Part shown: positions 41,049 to 52,091 of the stretch, piece by piece | Layout: each line of letters starts with the position of its first letter | Position numbering within the stretch: position 1 is the stretch's first letter | Source: Alteromonas sp. KUL49 | GTDB taxonomy: Bacteria; Pseudomonadota; Gammaproteobacteria; Enterobacterales; Alteromonadaceae | Assembly: GCF_006538345.1 (NCBI RefSeq) | Contig: NZ_BJKL01000006.1 | Span: forward strand, 127,095 to 191,094 | Reading direction: 5' to 3' | DNA length: 64,000 nt | Notes under the pieces: generated by a model | What the model was told of the DNA's origin: nothing | The model's database searches: none | What the model saw: only the letters and a program-made list of their open reading frames with translations | Position numbers and translations under genes: made by a program

Positions 41049-42071
41049 TTACTCACCCTTCAATGAGAACTGGTAGCTAATTACCGCTTCGAAAGGCTTT
41101 TCTGGCGTAGCAATACAGTCTGGAAATTCAGGACGATTAGGCGCATCTGGAAAGTGCTGAGGCTCAAGACACAAGGCGCCTAGTTGAGGGGAACTCTGCA
41201 AACTGCCCGTGTAGAACTGCATACCGGGTAAATTGGTACGAAGCACCATTTCAATGTCAGTATCAGAGGCATAGACTATGGCTTGAGGTGAATCTGCATC
41301 ATCTTGGCTCAATACGTAATTGTGGTCATAACCTCCCACCATATCGTAAAGCGGCATACCACTTCGGCTCTGCTCTCCAATGACGGTAGTTGTCGTGAAA
41401 TCGAAAGGTGTAGTGGCTACATCGACCAATTTGCCAGTGGGAAGTAATGTAGCGTCAGCATCGGTGACTTTGGTAGCGTTTATAAATAACGATGTACTCT
41501 CAACCGAATCACTTTTACTCAGTGTAAAGTACGCATGTTGAGTCATACTGATAGGTGTTGGAGCATCGGTTTTTGCTTGCATGGTAAGGGTTAAAGTATT
41601 CGTGTCAGACAAAGTATATCTAGCCGTTACTTCTAAGTTACCAGGAAACCCGCCCTCGCCATCTTCACTCGTAAGCGTAAGTTCCACACCTACCTCGGTC
41701 TCAGAGTTGATAGCAGTGCCTTTCCACAACTTTTTATGGAACCCCGGTAATCCACCGTGAAGATTATGGTCACCGCCATTTTGGTCTAGGTCATATTGAA
41801 TACCATTCAACGAAAAGCTTCCGTGACCGATACGGTTTGCATATCTACCGACGATTGCACCGCGATATGAGGGATCTTCCACATAGCCATTAATATCGTC
41901 ATAAGACTGAACACAGTCGTGTCTATTACTTGTGCTATCAGGTACTGCAATTTGATGAATGATGCCGCCATAGGTCAGTATTTCGACCTGCATCCCTTTT
42001 GAATTGTTTAACGTGAACAACTCAACAGGGTTACCTTCAAGTTGACCAAATTCAGAAACGTCGACGTGCAT
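41049..42071 (-). CDS. galM: Aldose 1-epimerase (galactose mutarotase)
   Basis: 340 aa mutarotase-family sequence; first gene of the gal operon. Confidence 0.85.
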   Translation of the reverse strand: MHVDVSEFGQLEGNPVELFTLNNSKGMQVEILTYGGIIHQIAVPDSTSNRHDCVQSYDDINGYVEDPSYRGAIVGRYANRIGHGSFSLNGIQYDLDQNGGDHNLHGGLPGFHKKLWKGTAINSETEVGVELTLTSEDGEGGFPGNLEVTARYTLSDTNTLTLTMQAKTDAPTPISMTQHAYFTLSKSDSVESTSLFINATKVTDADATLLPTGKLVDVATTPFDFTTTTVIGEQSRSGMPLYDMVGGYDHNYVLSQDDADSPQAIVYASDTDIEMVLRTNLPGMQFYTGSLQSSPQLGALCLEPQHFPDAPNRPEFPDCIATPEKPFEAVISYQFSLKGE

Positions 42072-42113
42072 AATTCCTCCAATCCCTGCGATTTAAGCGG
42101 TGTGCCTTTAGTG

Positions 42114-42138
42114 ATTATTCGTTCATAGGTCGAATAAT
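42114..42138. promoter_or_regulatory. Candidate operator: inverted repeat ATTATTCG-N9-CGAATAAT between galM and the LacI-family regulator
   Basis: Palindrome seen in the divergent intergenic region. It does not match the classic GalR box well. Confidence 0.25.
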
Positions 42139-42286
42139 CGCAAAGGGTATACGTTTTCTCTAGGTTTTTACAACATTTAAACACATAAGACTTTTATGTT
42201 ATTTTGTTCTTCTGAGGTACCCTGTTCTCTCAACGCGACTGTGCGTTAAGCGTCTACCAATAACAATAACGAAAAAAATTTAAGTA

Positions 42287-43288
42287 ATGGCCACAATAAA
42301 AGATATTGCTCTAGCAGCAGGTGTTTCACTTGCCACTGTGTCTCGCGTTATCAACGACGGACCCAAAGTTGGCGATAAAACCCGGAAACGGGTGAAAGCT
42401 ATCATGGAAGAAATGGGCTACCGTCCTAACGCAAATGCGCGGGCCTTAGTTACCCAGCGAAGTGCCTCGCTAGGTGTTGTGTTGGCCGAATTACACGACC
42501 CATTTTTTGCAATGTTGGCCCACGGTGTAGAGAGCGTAACGCGAAAAAAGAAAGTACAGATACTACTTAGTGCTGGCTCTATCGAAAAAGATACCGAAAT
42601 GCGCGCCATAGAAACCTTACTCGAGCACCGTGTTGAAGCCATGGTCGTGCACAGTAAAGCGCTAGATGACAAGACACTCGTCGATTTTGCCAATCAGATT
42701 CCGGGTTTCGTTCTTATTAACCGCTATATTCCTGAAATAGCCAACCGTTGTGTGTGGTTAGACAATGTTACTGGCGGTAGAATTATGGCCGAATATGCGA
42801 TCAATCAGGGTCATAAGAGTATCGCTGTAATCAGCAGTAGATATCGTATTGACGATCCAAATCACAGATTGGAAGGCATTCAGTCTGCCATACAACAAGC
42901 CAACCTAGCGCTGCCTGAAAGCATGATAGAGTATGCAGCACCGGATCAAGAAGGTGGCGAACTTGCGATGCAAAACCTGATTGCAACAGGCGCCAACTTT
43001 ACTGCTGTGTTGGCGTACAACGATGCTATGGCGTCTGGCGCTATGACCATGCTTCAAGACCACAATATTGGCGTGCCAGATCAAGTGTCGGTCATGGGCT
43101 ACGACGACGTGCTGTTAGCTAAGTATTGTCGCCCCAAATTAACCACGTTGCGTTATCCGATTGAGATGATGGCAGCAAAAGCCGCCGAACTCGCCCTCAA
43201 ATACGCTTCAGGACACAAGCCTGAAGAAGGATTGACGTTCAAATACACACCAACAGTCGTAAAACGTGATTCTCTCACACGGATATAA
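42287..43288 (+). CDS. LacI-family transcriptional regulator (GalR/GalS-like)
   Basis: N-terminal HTH_LacI (MATIKDIALAAGVSLATVSRVIN) plus a periplasmic-binding-protein-like domain. Confidence 0.85.
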   Translation: MATIKDIALAAGVSLATVSRVINDGPKVGDKTRKRVKAIMEEMGYRPNANARALVTQRSASLGVVLAELHDPFFAMLAHGVESVTRKKKVQILLSAGSIEKDTEMRAIETLLEHRVEAMVVHSKALDDKTLVDFANQIPGFVLINRYIPEIANRCVWLDNVTGGRIMAEYAINQGHKSIAVISSRYRIDDPNHRLEGIQSAIQQANLALPESMIEYAAPDQEGGELAMQNLIATGANFTAVLAYNDAMASGAMTMLQDHNIGVPDQVSVMGYDDVLLAKYCRPKLTTLRYPIEMMAAKAAELALKYASGHKPEEGLTFKYTPTVVKRDSLTRI

Positions 43289-43669
43289 CACATTGCGCTT
43301 TCCCAATTTCGTTTTTACAGATTGGTCAAGTTATTCGCAATAACTTATCCCCAGAGCGAGATTATTCGTGATCTTAGTACATTACATGATCACGCTAGAT
43401 CAATTACGTCTAAAAACACGTAACTCCCTATTAATAAAATACTTATTTAGATCTCAAAATCGCCTCTTGGGATCGAAACTTTCAGAACTGTAACACCTGT
43501 TACACAATTACCAACAAGTTGATCCACATTTTATCCACAGGCTTAGGACAAAATCCTCATTGTAATAGCACTAGTTATAATTAGGCGTATTTCAATTAAT
43601 CCCTTGTGATTTTGTATTCCCAATCCCCTTTAGTGTATAGTCTCGCCCAGCATAACTTGAGTAAGCAGC

Positions 43670-45403
43670 ATGGTAAGAGTATTCATCCTACTGAGTTTGT
43701 TGTTTGGAACATTCAAGGCACAGGGCAATGTCGATTTACAAAATTGGCAACAGGGTGCGATTGGTTATCACCTCAACTATTTCCAAGAGGACGATACCCC
43801 ACTAACGTGGCAACAAGCACAGCGTACATTTAATAGTCGTTCTACATTCCGCAGCGCGGGTCAGTCTCTGTCGCTAGGTATTGGTGTTGCGCCCGTGTGG
43901 TTAAAAGCAACGCTGGTCAATAATACTGAAACCCCCATAGATTATCGCATGTCAGTAGAGACTCCGTGGCTCGATTACATCGACACATACTTGGTTCACA
44001 ACGGAGAACTCGTCGCCCATATTGCTGGCGGCGATGGCTACCCGTTTGACCAGCGACCAATGGCGCACAGATACTATAGCTTTGACTACAGTTATGCCCC
44101 CGGGCAAACCGATGTTTTCATCCGTATTGATTCGGCTGGCCCTATGGCGATTCCTATACATTTGTCGCGCACAGCATTGGCCCAGACCCGAGACATTCGC
44201 GCAGGATATGAATACGGAGTGCTTTACGGCATTATGCTGGCTCTGGCGTTATATAACTTCATTTTGTTTATCAATATCAAGCAAGCAGAGTTTGGCTTGT
44301 ATTCCCTTTACTTGATCGGGTTTATAGCGAATAGCTTGTCTTATACGGGACAGATACATGCTGTTTTTACGCCAGATTTTGGGCCCTATTTTCAAGACTG
44401 GGTAGATATCTTCTTGATGATTACCTATTCCGTGGTGGGATTATTATTTGCCAGAAAAGTACTTAACACCCAACACTATGCGCCAACCCTCGACAAGGTA
44501 ACCCTTGGTTTTGCGACTATAATTCCAGCAGGTATGGTCATAGGTGCAGTAATCAATTCTTTGTTCCTATCCATGATATTGGCGTTTTTACTGAACACCA
44601 GCTTCGCTGTTTTATTCATTATTTTGGGCATTCGCGCGCTTAAAGCGAGAGTAGACTCTGCCAAGTTATTCTTGGTGTCATCGGTTACAGCGGCTATTTG
44701 TATTGCCATAAGCACTGGTGCCGTAGCAGGTATTTTCCCGTTAAATGACGTTACCTTTAAGCTAATCGAGGTGGGAATGGCGTTCGAAGCCGTGGTGCTT
44801 GCTGTACTGCTCGCGCAACGCTTCCGAAGTGCACAGCAAGATAAATTAATAGCGGAACACGTTGCCCAAACAGACGAACTTACGCAGTTGTTCAATCGCA
44901 GAGGGTTTCGCCAACGCTGCGACCTTGTTTTTGATAAAGACATTCATGAACATAGAGACATAGCGATACTGCTTATTGATATTGACAAGTTTAAGAGTAT
45001 TAATGATACCTATGGTCACGCTGGTGGTGATGCAGTGTTGGAAAGTGTCGCTAAGTGCATATCATCGCACAAGCGGGGCGACCGTCACATTTATGCCCGA
45101 TGGGGCGGAGAAGAATTTATTGTGTATCTCTCGGGTGTATCCCAACACGAAGCTGAGAGAGAAGCAGAGAGTCTTAGAGCACGCATAGAAAGTTTGATCA
45201 CTGAGTTCAGAGGTATTCAGCTATCAGTCACCATTAGCGTTGGTGTGTCTGGTAGTAATGGAATGTCATACAACGGTGAACCTTTATCGATGGTTAGCAT
45301 CGAAAGTATTATTAATCAGGCAGATATAGCTATGTACGATGCGAAAATTAGCGGCGGCAACCAAATTTGTAGCCAATATTTACTCGTACCAAGCATGGCG
45401 TAA
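43670..45403 (+). CDS. Diguanylate cyclase with an N-terminal 7TMR-DISM sensor (extracellular DISMED2 + 7TM) and a GGDEF domain
   Basis: Signal peptide, an extracytoplasmic domain, about 7 TM segments, and a GGEEF active site (RWGGEEF). Confidence 0.85.
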   Translation: MVRVFILLSLLFGTFKAQGNVDLQNWQQGAIGYHLNYFQEDDTPLTWQQAQRTFNSRSTFRSAGQSLSLGIGVAPVWLKATLVNNTETPIDYRMSVETPWLDYIDTYLVHNGELVAHIAGGDGYPFDQRPMAHRYYSFDYSYAPGQTDVFIRIDSAGPMAIPIHLSRTALAQTRDIRAGYEYGVLYGIMLALALYNFILFINIKQAEFGLYSLYLIGFIANSLSYTGQIHAVFTPDFGPYFQDWVDIFLMITYSVVGLLFARKVLNTQHYAPTLDKVTLGFATIIPAGMVIGAVINSLFLSMILAFLLNTSFAVLFIILGIRALKARVDSAKLFLVSSVTAAICIAISTGAVAGIFPLNDVTFKLIEVGMAFEAVVLAVLLAQRFRSAQQDKLIAEHVAQTDELTQLFNRRGFRQRCDLVFDKDIHEHRDIAILLIDIDKFKSINDTYGHAGGDAVLESVAKCISSHKRGDRHIYARWGGEEFIVYLSGVSQHEAEREAESLRARIESLITEFRGIQLSVTISVGVSGSNGMSYNGEPLSMVSIESIINQADIAMYDAKISGGNQICSQYLLVPSMA

Positions 45404-45420
45404 TAACACGGAAAACCCAC

Positions 45421-45999
45421 ATGGAAAGCAGGTTTCAAAAAACATATTTGGAAAAGAACCTTCGTAATTTAGCCTTAATCGCTATGGTAAATATTGGATT
45501 AGTGGGGTGTGAAGTCACACCTCCCGAAACTCTGGAGTCGACGCTAATTCCAGAGTCGACAAGGAAGGCGTACGAGTCAAAAATGGCGGAAGCTGAAAAA
45601 TGTACGCTGTCTTTGAATGAAATCGCTGACACACGTCAAAACAAGCTGTTTACTGTAAATGGACATTCCATCGCACCAGAAAACGTGAATGCATGGCTTG
45701 AGAGCACGCTGAATAAGCTTCATGTAGGCGCAACTGATTCTGCTGGCGGTGAGGTGAATGTTTACTTATCGAAGATATTTGTCAACGCTATAGGCAAAAC
45801 GCTAACCACCAACGTTGTTTTGGATGTGCAACATCGCCAAACACCCGCAGACACTTTTACTGAATTACAAAGTTTTAGAGGACAGAGTGTAACTGTTTAT
45901 ACGCCGGACACATCAAACAATGTAGAAGTTGCCTTAAAGCAGGCTATGCATCAGGCGGTAAGACGTATTAAAACCTCTTACGCACACCAGTGTAATTAA
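45421..45999 (+). CDS. Hypothetical lipoprotein
   Basis: Candidate lipobox LVGC; it starts 17 nt downstream of the cyclase stop. Confidence 0.4.
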   Translation: MESRFQKTYLEKNLRNLALIAMVNIGLVGCEVTPPETLESTLIPESTRKAYESKMAEAEKCTLSLNEIADTRQNKLFTVNGHSIAPENVNAWLESTLNKLHVGATDSAGGEVNVYLSKIFVNAIGKTLTTNVVLDVQHRQTPADTFTELQSFRGQSVTVYTPDTSNNVEVALKQAMHQAVRRIKTSYAHQCN

Positions 46000-46021
46000 C
46001 TCAGTGTGCAATTAAGCTTCA

Positions 46022-46609
46022 CTAAATTGATTGCACTTTACCGTTGATCACCATGATACATTGCATCCCCGCGCGCTCAGCGGCTTCTCGCCCAATATTA
46101 GTATCTTCAAAAACTACACACTCATTGGCAGGAATGCCCATTAGCTCAGCAGCTTTGAGAAAGGTTTCAGGGTGAGGTTTACCGTTACTCACATCATCAG
46201 CAGTGACAATAGCGTTAAGCTGATGATGGAGTCCGTGGTGACTCAAAACATGGTCAGCATGTGCTCTATCCGACCCAGTACCCACAGACATTGGTAGTTT
46301 GCCAAGATAGTGCTGAAATACCAATAAAGTGTCTTCGATCAAATCTGGCGTATGGGCTAGCCGCTCGTATTGTGCTTTTTTAAACGCCGCCACTTCTGCA
46401 GTGTCATGAGTTTTACCATGCTTTTCATTAAGCAATCCAACCGTATTCACTGTGGGAACACCGCCAAGGCTGTAGTGGTAATCACTGTCGAAAGGGTAAC
46501 CAAATTCCTCGCAGGTAATTTCCCACGCACTAATATGTGCGCTCATAGAATCAACGAGAGTCCCGTCCATATCAAAGATAATGCCGTTGAATTTAGATAA
46601 ATCGATCAT
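46022..46609 (-). CDS. HAD-superfamily hydrolase (beta-phosphoglucomutase-like)
   Basis: FDMDGTLVDS motif I, with K and DD motifs further along. Confidence 0.8.
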   Translation of the reverse strand: MIDLSKFNGIIFDMDGTLVDSMSAHISAWEITCEEFGYPFDSDYHYSLGGVPTVNTVGLLNEKHGKTHDTAEVAAFKKAQYERLAHTPDLIEDTLLVFQHYLGKLPMSVGTGSDRAHADHVLSHHGLHHQLNAIVTADDVSNGKPHPETFLKAAELMGIPANECVVFEDTNIGREAAERAGMQCIMVINGKVQSI

Positions 46610-46645
46610 CAGTCACTCCCTGTCCATTCACAGCTTAAAATGATA

Positions 46646-47986
46646 TTAGTTTGACGAATCAACCACTTGACGAGCGGTTGTCATATTGAAATCACGAGTT
46701 ACTTTTAAGTATACCGCGTCATGATTACTGTTTAACGTCACTTCTTCGACGCCAGGTTGCCCCATCAAGGTATCGATAATATGGGGGTTAGCCGCACCGC
46801 TGTTAATCGCCAGTGTTACTCGCTGTATTCTGCTGACTTCATTCAAACCCAACAACAAGAGTAACCACAATAGTGCGATACCCGCCCCAATAGCGTAAAC
46901 CATTTCGGGGGAGGCCAATTCTGTGATTACACCCGAAAGCATCCCCCCCAGAAACGCGCCAAAGAATTGGAAACTCGCGTAAATCCCCATAGCAGTGCCT
47001 TTTTGACCTGCCGGGGCAATACTTGATACTAGTGCAGGAAAGTTTGCTTCTAAATAGTTAAAGCCGACGAAAAACAAAATACACGCACTTAAGACCAACC
47101 ACCAGCGCTGGTCTAATCCACTTAAACCACCAAGAGCAACGGCGAGCATGACAACGGCGGTAACAAGATATGACTTAGGTGTGCGCCCTCTCGCCATTCC
47201 CATCATTATTACCAACCCCACTATCGACGCGCCTAATACTGGCAAGTAAAGGCTCCAGTGTTCTTCCAACGCTAAATCAAACTTTAGCAGCGTCAGAGGG
47301 AGCTGCGTGAACAGTAGGGTAATCAACATGTGAAGCAACAGCACACTCACATTGAGTCGCCATAGTTGGGATGAGAAAAACAGCGTCGATAGCTGACCTT
47401 TCTGAGGCAAGGTATCACCGCTACTCACAATGCTGGTTTGCGGTACAACCCAAACAATCAGAGGCATACACAAGAGTGCCAATAAACCGGTAACACCAAA
47501 AATCCCCGCCATCCCCCACGCATTAGCGATTAATGGGCCAAGCAAAACGGCAAGGTAAAATGAAAAACCAATAGCGATACCTATCACTGCGAGCACCTTG
47601 GCACGCTGCGACTCTCGACTAACGTCGGTGGCTAGCGCCATAATTGCACCAGCAATAGCCCCCGCTCCCTGAAGAACGCGGCCGACGATCATTCCCAGCA
47701 TGGTATCGCTCATTGCTGCAATGAAGCTTCCTAGCGCAAATACTGCTAGACCTAGCAAGATAACGGGCTTTCGTCCCCATTTATCAGACAACATACCCAT
47801 GGGTATTTGCAGTGCAGCTTGGGTTAACCCGTAACCGCCAACCGCGAGTCCAACATACAAAGGCGAGTAATCTGGATAATCCATGGCTGCTATAGCAATA
47901 ACTGGCATTACCATAAACAAACCCAACATACGCAAAACGTAAACCAAAGCTAATGCCAGCGATGTGCGTAATTCCAGAGCGTTCAA
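46646..47986 (-). CDS. MFS transporter
   Basis: 446 aa with 12-14 predicted TM segments. Confidence 0.8.
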   Translation of the reverse strand: MNALELRTSLALALVYVLRMLGLFMVMPVIAIAAMDYPDYSPLYVGLAVGGYGLTQAALQIPMGMLSDKWGRKPVILLGLAVFALGSFIAAMSDTMLGMIVGRVLQGAGAIAGAIMALATDVSRESQRAKVLAVIGIAIGFSFYLAVLLGPLIANAWGMAGIFGVTGLLALLCMPLIVWVVPQTSIVSSGDTLPQKGQLSTLFFSSQLWRLNVSVLLLHMLITLLFTQLPLTLLKFDLALEEHWSLYLPVLGASIVGLVIMMGMARGRTPKSYLVTAVVMLAVALGGLSGLDQRWWLVLSACILFFVGFNYLEANFPALVSSIAPAGQKGTAMGIYASFQFFGAFLGGMLSGVITELASPEMVYAIGAGIALLWLLLLLGLNEVSRIQRVTLAINSGAANPHIIDTLMGQPGVEEVTLNSNHDAVYLKVTRDFNMTTARQVVDSSN

Positions 47987-48092
47987 ACCTTTATATCCTC
48001 TTGGCTAATATGGCGGCGAAGTGTAGCACAATTAATGTCAATTTCGTTGTCGACTATGGCATACTGATTCTTTTTTTCGCACTTGAGTATCA

Positions 48093-50924
48093 ATGGACAA
48101 AATCGAAGTACGCGGGGCTCGCACCCACAATCTTAAAAATATCGATTTAACACTACCACGAGATAAACTGGTGGTGATTACCGGCCTCTCAGGCTCCGGA
48201 AAATCTTCATTAGCTTTCGATACACTTTATGCCGAAGGTCAACGACGTTACGTCGAATCACTATCTGCATACGCGCGCCAGTTTCTTTCCATGATGGAAA
48301 AGCCAGATGTGGATCACATCGAAGGCCTCTCTCCAGCGATTTCTATTGAGCAAAAATCTACTTCTCATAACCCTCGTTCTACGGTGGGAACCATTACTGA
48401 GATCTATGATTATTTGCGTTTGATGTACGCTCGTGTCGGCACACCAAAATGCCCTGACCATGATGTTCCTCTCGATGCGCAAACCGTAAGCCAAATGGTC
48501 GACAAGGTGCTTTCACTCCCAGAAGGCAGCAAGCTCATGCTGTTGGCGCCTATTGTGAAAGCCAGAAAGGGCGAGCATATTAAAACCCTGCAGAACTTAT
48601 CGGCGCAAGGTTACATTCGTGCTCGCATTGACGGTGAAGTGTGTGATTTGTCCGATCCGCCTGAATTAGACTTACATAAAAAGCATACCATCGAGGTAGT
48701 AGTCGACCGATTCAAAGTACGAGAAGACCTAGCGTTACGACTTTCAGAATCCTTCGAAACAGCCCTAGAGCTAGCCGGTGGAAACGCGGTGATTGCCGAT
48801 ATGGACAACCCCGACGCCGAAGAAATCGTATTCTCTGCAAACTTTGCCTGCCCTCACTGTGGCTATAGCTTAAGTGAACTCGAGCCTCGTTTGTTCTCAT
48901 TTAATAACCCAGCGGGAGCTTGTCCAACGTGTGATGGATTAGGTACACGCCAATTCTTTGATCCGGCAAGAGTCGTCACAAATGATGAACTGAGTTTGTC
49001 TGGCGGTGCCATTCGCGGATGGGACAAGCGCAGCTACTACTATTATCAAATGCTCCAAGCCGTTGGCGAGCATTATGGTTTTGACCTCACAGTCCCATAT
49101 CAAGAGTTAGACGATAAACATAAAGACATTGTGCTCTATGGTTCAAAAGGTAAATCACTGTCGTTTAAATACATCAATGAACGTGGTGATGTGATGGAGC
49201 GCAAGCACCCCTTTGAAGGCATCATTCCGAACATGGAGCGTCGCTATCGCGAAACTGAATCCAACGCAGTGCGTGAAGAGCTTGCCAAGTTCTTGAGTCA
49301 GCAGCCTTGTAACAGTTGTAATGGCACGCGATTGAGAGTAGAAGCTCGCAACGTATTCATTGCCGATACGCCGCTGCCAACAGTCACAGATATGTCCATC
49401 GCTGACGCTTTTGCCTTCTTTGACACGCTAAACCTAGAAGGGCAAAAAGCACAAATAGCGGAGAAGATCCTCAAAGAAATTCTCGATCGTCTGCGATTCT
49501 TAGTCAACGTGGGATTAAACTATCTCACTATGTCACGCAGTGCGGATACATTGTCAGGTGGTGAGGCGCAGCGCATTCGACTCGCCAGCCAAATCGGCGC
49601 TGGTTTAGTGGGCGTGATGTACGTGTTAGATGAACCCTCCATTGGTTTGCACCAGCGAGACAACGAAAGATTACTCAAAACACTGACTCACCTACGGGAT
49701 TTAGGTAACACTGTACTCGTAGTAGAGCACGATGAAGACGCTATTCGCGAAGCGGATTTTATTGTGGATATTGGCCCAGGCGCGGGCGTTCACGGTGGCG
49801 AAATAATTGCTCAAGGCTCTCTTGATGATATAAAGAACAGTGAAGATTCACTCACTGGAAAGTATTTGTCCGGCAGAGAAAAAATTGAGGTTCCCACGCA
49901 AAGAACACCGCTGAAAGATGATAAGTGGTTGTCACTCACTGGGGCCAGTGGAAACAACTTAAAGAATGTTGATCTAAACATTCCCATCGGTTTAATGACG
50001 TGTATTACTGGCGTATCTGGTTCGGGAAAATCTACTCTAATCAATGATACGCTCTACAAGATTGCCCATACAGTGCTTAACAAAGCAACCACTGCTGAAC
50101 CATCACCTTACACTGATATTCAAGGGCTAGATCAACTCGACAAAGTCGTCGATATAGACCAAAGCCCTATTGGCCGCACACCGCGTTCTAACCCTGCAAC
50201 GTATGCAGGTATTTTCACGCCAATTCGCGAACTCTTTGCTGGCACTCAAGAAGCCCGCTCTAGAGGCTATAAGCCAGGCCGTTTTAGCTTTAACGTTAAA
50301 GGCGGACGTTGTGAAGCCTGTCAGGGTGACGGTGTAATCAAAGTTGAAATGCACTTCTTACCCGACGTTTACGTACCTTGTGATGTGTGTCACGGTAAGC
50401 GTTACAACCGAGAAACCCTAGAGGTAAAATACAAGGACAAAAGCATTCACGAAGTATTGGAAATGACGGTAGAAGACGCTCGACAATTCTTCGATCCCAT
50501 TCCTTCCATTGCCAGAAAACTGCAAACGCTGATGGATGTTGGACTCTCCTATATCCGACTTGGTCAAGCTGCTACTACCCTGTCGGGTGGTGAAGCGCAA
50601 CGTGTGAAATTAGCAAAAGAGCTTTCTAAACGGGATACCGGACAAACTCTGTATATCCTTGATGAGCCCACCACAGGACTTCATTTCCACGACATTAAGC
50701 AGTTACTTGCGGTACTTCACAGACTAAGAGATCACGGTAATACCGTGGTTGTCATAGAACACAATCTAGACGTGGTAAAAACCGCTGATTGGCTGGTAGA
50801 TTTGGGGCCTGAAGGGGGATCAGGTGGCGGCCAAATTATTGCCCAAGGAACGCCGGAAACCATCGCTGAAAGTGACATTTCACATACTGGACGCTTCCTA
50901 AAGCCATTATTAGAACAACAATAA
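48093..50924 (+). CDS. uvrA: Excinuclease ABC subunit A
   Basis: 943 aa with two ABC modules and zinc fingers. Confidence 0.97.
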   Translation: MDKIEVRGARTHNLKNIDLTLPRDKLVVITGLSGSGKSSLAFDTLYAEGQRRYVESLSAYARQFLSMMEKPDVDHIEGLSPAISIEQKSTSHNPRSTVGTITEIYDYLRLMYARVGTPKCPDHDVPLDAQTVSQMVDKVLSLPEGSKLMLLAPIVKARKGEHIKTLQNLSAQGYIRARIDGEVCDLSDPPELDLHKKHTIEVVVDRFKVREDLALRLSESFETALELAGGNAVIADMDNPDAEEIVFSANFACPHCGYSLSELEPRLFSFNNPAGACPTCDGLGTRQFFDPARVVTNDELSLSGGAIRGWDKRSYYYYQMLQAVGEHYGFDLTVPYQELDDKHKDIVLYGSKGKSLSFKYINERGDVMERKHPFEGIIPNMERRYRETESNAVREELAKFLSQQPCNSCNGTRLRVEARNVFIADTPLPTVTDMSIADAFAFFDTLNLEGQKAQIAEKILKEILDRLRFLVNVGLNYLTMSRSADTLSGGEAQRIRLASQIGAGLVGVMYVLDEPSIGLHQRDNERLLKTLTHLRDLGNTVLVVEHDEDAIREADFIVDIGPGAGVHGGEIIAQGSLDDIKNSEDSLTGKYLSGREKIEVPTQRTPLKDDKWLSLTGASGNNLKNVDLNIPIGLMTCITGVSGSGKSTLINDTLYKIAHTVLNKATTAEPSPYTDIQGLDQLDKVVDIDQSPIGRTPRSNPATYAGIFTPIRELFAGTQEARSRGYKPGRFSFNVKGGRCEACQGDGVIKVEMHFLPDVYVPCDVCHGKRYNRETLEVKYKDKSIHEVLEMTVEDARQFFDPIPSIARKLQTLMDVGLSYIRLGQAATTLSGGEAQRVKLAKELSKRDTGQTLYILDEPTTGLHFHDIKQLLAVLHRLRDHGNTVVVIEHNLDVVKTADWLVDLGPEGGSGGGQIIAQGTPETIAESDISHTGRFLKPLLEQQ

Positions 50925-50934
50925 GGTAGCCGAT

Positions 50935-51348
50935 ATGAGCACCCCGATGGAAATGACCTTTGACGTAAGGTTTTACGAAACAGACGCACTTGCCCACGTC
51001 AGTAACACCGCGCTGGTAGGCTGGTTCGAAGCGGCTAGAGAGCCTGTATTTCGCATGTTCAACCCCACGCTAGATTTACAAAACTGGCCACTTATTTTGG
51101 CCAGCTACAAAGTAGATTTTCTGGCGCAGATTTTCTACGGCAAACCAGTGACCGTTAAGTCCTTTGTGAGTCGTTTGGGGAGTAGTTCTTTCGACGTATA
51201 CCAAGAGCTTTGGCAGAACGACATCATGTGTGCCACAGGGGTTACCACCATGGTTCACTTTGACTACGAAACCCAGCGTTCATCGCCCATTCCAGATGAT
51301 GTGAAGCTGCAACTAGAAGCACATAAAAAAGAAATCGATAATGACTGA
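50935..51348 (+). CDS. 4HBT/YbgC-type acyl-CoA thioesterase
   Basis: ...VRFYETDALAHVSNTALVGWFE... hot-dog fold. Confidence 0.7.
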   Translation: MSTPMEMTFDVRFYETDALAHVSNTALVGWFEAAREPVFRMFNPTLDLQNWPLILASYKVDFLAQIFYGKPVTVKSFVSRLGSSSFDVYQELWQNDIMCATGVTTMVHFDYETQRSSPIPDDVKLQLEAHKKEIDND

Positions 51349-52048
51349 TTTTATAGAAGTTATCGATAATGTTCTGTCACCGGAACTGTGCAATAAAATT
51401 ATCGAGCGATTTGAGCAAAGCCCGAACATGACTCAAGGTGTTACGGGTGGTGGTGTTGATCTGGACAAAAAGCGCAGCACTGATGTGCAGTTCAGTCATA
51501 ACCCAGAATTTCATGACTTAATACCACCAGTCATGAAATATACCGGTGAACAGTTAATCAAGTATATCGAGAAATATTACTACGCTTTGGTAGGCCCAAT
51601 TGGGCTTACGGTAAAACACCCTAAAACTGGCGAACCGGTAAAACTCACTGGCGACAATTTCGAAGAAGTCGGCAAGCCCAATTTAGGCGGGTTGATGAAG
51701 TATCTATTTCGCTTGGGCAAAGTAAACGCGCAGCGTTACACCGCCGGTGAGGGCGGCTACCCTTATTGGCATTCCGAAGTTTATCCTCAACATCCGCATA
51801 ATGACGCGCTGCATCGCATTTTGCTATTTATGTTCTACTTGAACGATGTTGAGGAAGGTGGCGAAACAGAATTTATTTATCAAAATAAGTCTGTAAAGCC
51901 TAAAGCGGGGACTATGGTTATTGCCCCGGCCTATTTTACCCATACTCACAGGGGTAATATTACGGTGAGTAACGATAAGTACATTCTCACGTCATGGTTG
52001 TTGTTCAACCCTGCAGACCGTATTTACTCACCGCCTCCTGCACGCTAG
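51341..52048 (+). CDS. 2OG-Fe(II) oxygenase superfamily protein
   Basis: His/Asp/His-containing double-stranded beta-helix region; it overlaps the thioesterase stop by 8 nt. Confidence 0.6.
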   Translation: MTDFIEVIDNVLSPELCNKIIERFEQSPNMTQGVTGGGVDLDKKRSTDVQFSHNPEFHDLIPPVMKYTGEQLIKYIEKYYYALVGPIGLTVKHPKTGEPVKLTGDNFEEVGKPNLGGLMKYLFRLGKVNAQRYTAGEGGYPYWHSEVYPQHPHNDALHRILLFMFYLNDVEEGGETEFIYQNKSVKPKAGTMVIAPAYFTHTHRGNITVSNDKYILTSWLLFNPADRIYSPPPAR

Positions 52049-52091
52049 TGCTCTCGCCACCGCTTGTTTTACTAGCGGTGGTATAGGCAAC

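Noticed and set aside
47987-48092. A LexA/SOS box upstream of uvrA.
   Set aside because: I found no CTGT-N8-ACAG-like palindrome by eye, so I am not reporting a site.
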